Below the pieces are notes generated by a model. The model made no database searches. It was not told the DNA's origin and was given only the letters and a program-made list of their open reading frames with translations. A program made the translations under genes and the position numbers. From NCBI GenBank assembly GCA_900617105.1, contig UYFQ01000726.1, positions 1 to 42,237 on the forward strand: a stretch of DNA of 42,237 nucleotides, read 5' to 3'. Below, in pieces: positions 42,001 through 42,237 of the stretch (its first letter is position 1; the number at the start of each line of letters is the position of its first letter). The DNA is from Hydrurus foetidus (Eukaryota).

Positions 42001-42237
42001 CGTGTGTTTGGGTGACTGCCGGTTTCACCTTTTGGGTTAAAGGATCGACTTTTGGGGAGCCGTCGGAGGGTAGCAAATTCTCCTTAGGCTGACAGCCACA
42101 CGTTATATCCACTGCTCAGAAGATAAAACTTCCGCTAACGGGATAGTGCTTGATGAAGCATTGGCAGATATTTGATCGGGGAATCGTGAAAACAAATTCA
42201 ATTCGCGAATTGTTTTCGTCCCACTATTAAATAAACT
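39079..42237 (-). pseudogene. Gypsy Pol (RT, RNase H, integrase, GPY/F, chromodomain) broken by several frameshifts
   Basis: YIDD, HTDAS, EAYA, TDH, HNSQVGH..CSCC, NIDF/SDNG/VER, WRGPLKV, YFVEDIL..FLVKWLNY..NTWEP; frame breaks near 41945, 41630, 41180 and 39670. Confidence 0.92.

Larger units (their letters stand above)
38616..42237 (-). mobile_element. Ty3/Gypsy chromovirus copy 2, 3' half; runs off the right window edge
   Basis: RT-RH-IN-chromodomain, PPT and 3' LTR. Confidence 0.95.

Noticed and set aside
40785..42237. Terminal redundancy with 1-1459 suggesting a circular contig or assembly duplication
   Set aside because: The copies differ by many substitutions and indels (only copy 2 is frameshifted) and have different LTRs and flanks, so they are independent insertions.

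Overview
Eukaryotic genomic DNA with GT-AG spliceosomal introns and the standard code. An MsrA with a signal peptide plus S-F plastid transit motif suggests a plastid-bearing stramenopile (ochrophyte-like). About 70% of the window is nested transposable elements around a four-gene host island (25.8-36.6 kb: membrane-anchored S53 sedolisin, rolling-stone/AIG1-like membrane protein, ADD+PHD chromatin-reader protein, MsrA). Left cluster: an apparently intact Ty3/Gypsy chromovirus (1-3569, minus) inserted in ORF1 of a Pong-like PIF/Harbinger element (3570-7586). Next is a second, internally deleted Harbinger (about 7590-25435). Its subterminal region was hit, without target-site duplication, by a complete tyrosine-recombinase retrotransposon with Ngaro-type split direct repeats A1-gag-pol-YR-B1-A2-B2 (10779-25396, minus). 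The B1 repeat of that element was in turn hit by a full-length, atypical Ty1/Copia element (11472-19324, plus). Right cluster: a degenerate sister copy of the chromovirus (38616-end) inserted in the RT of a second Copia (36844-38615). Most notable: (i) in the YR retroelement gag and pol are in frame, separated by UAG + 8-nt purine-rich spacer + stem-loop/possible pseudoknot, resembling a gammaretroviral read-through signal; (ii) the Copia has a CCCH finger instead of a CCHC knuckle, a ~600-aa insert with an unrecognised globular domain between Gag and protease bracketed by repeated LNxFxV motifs, an in-frame TGA between protease and integrase, an HSDD RT motif and a triplicated PPT.
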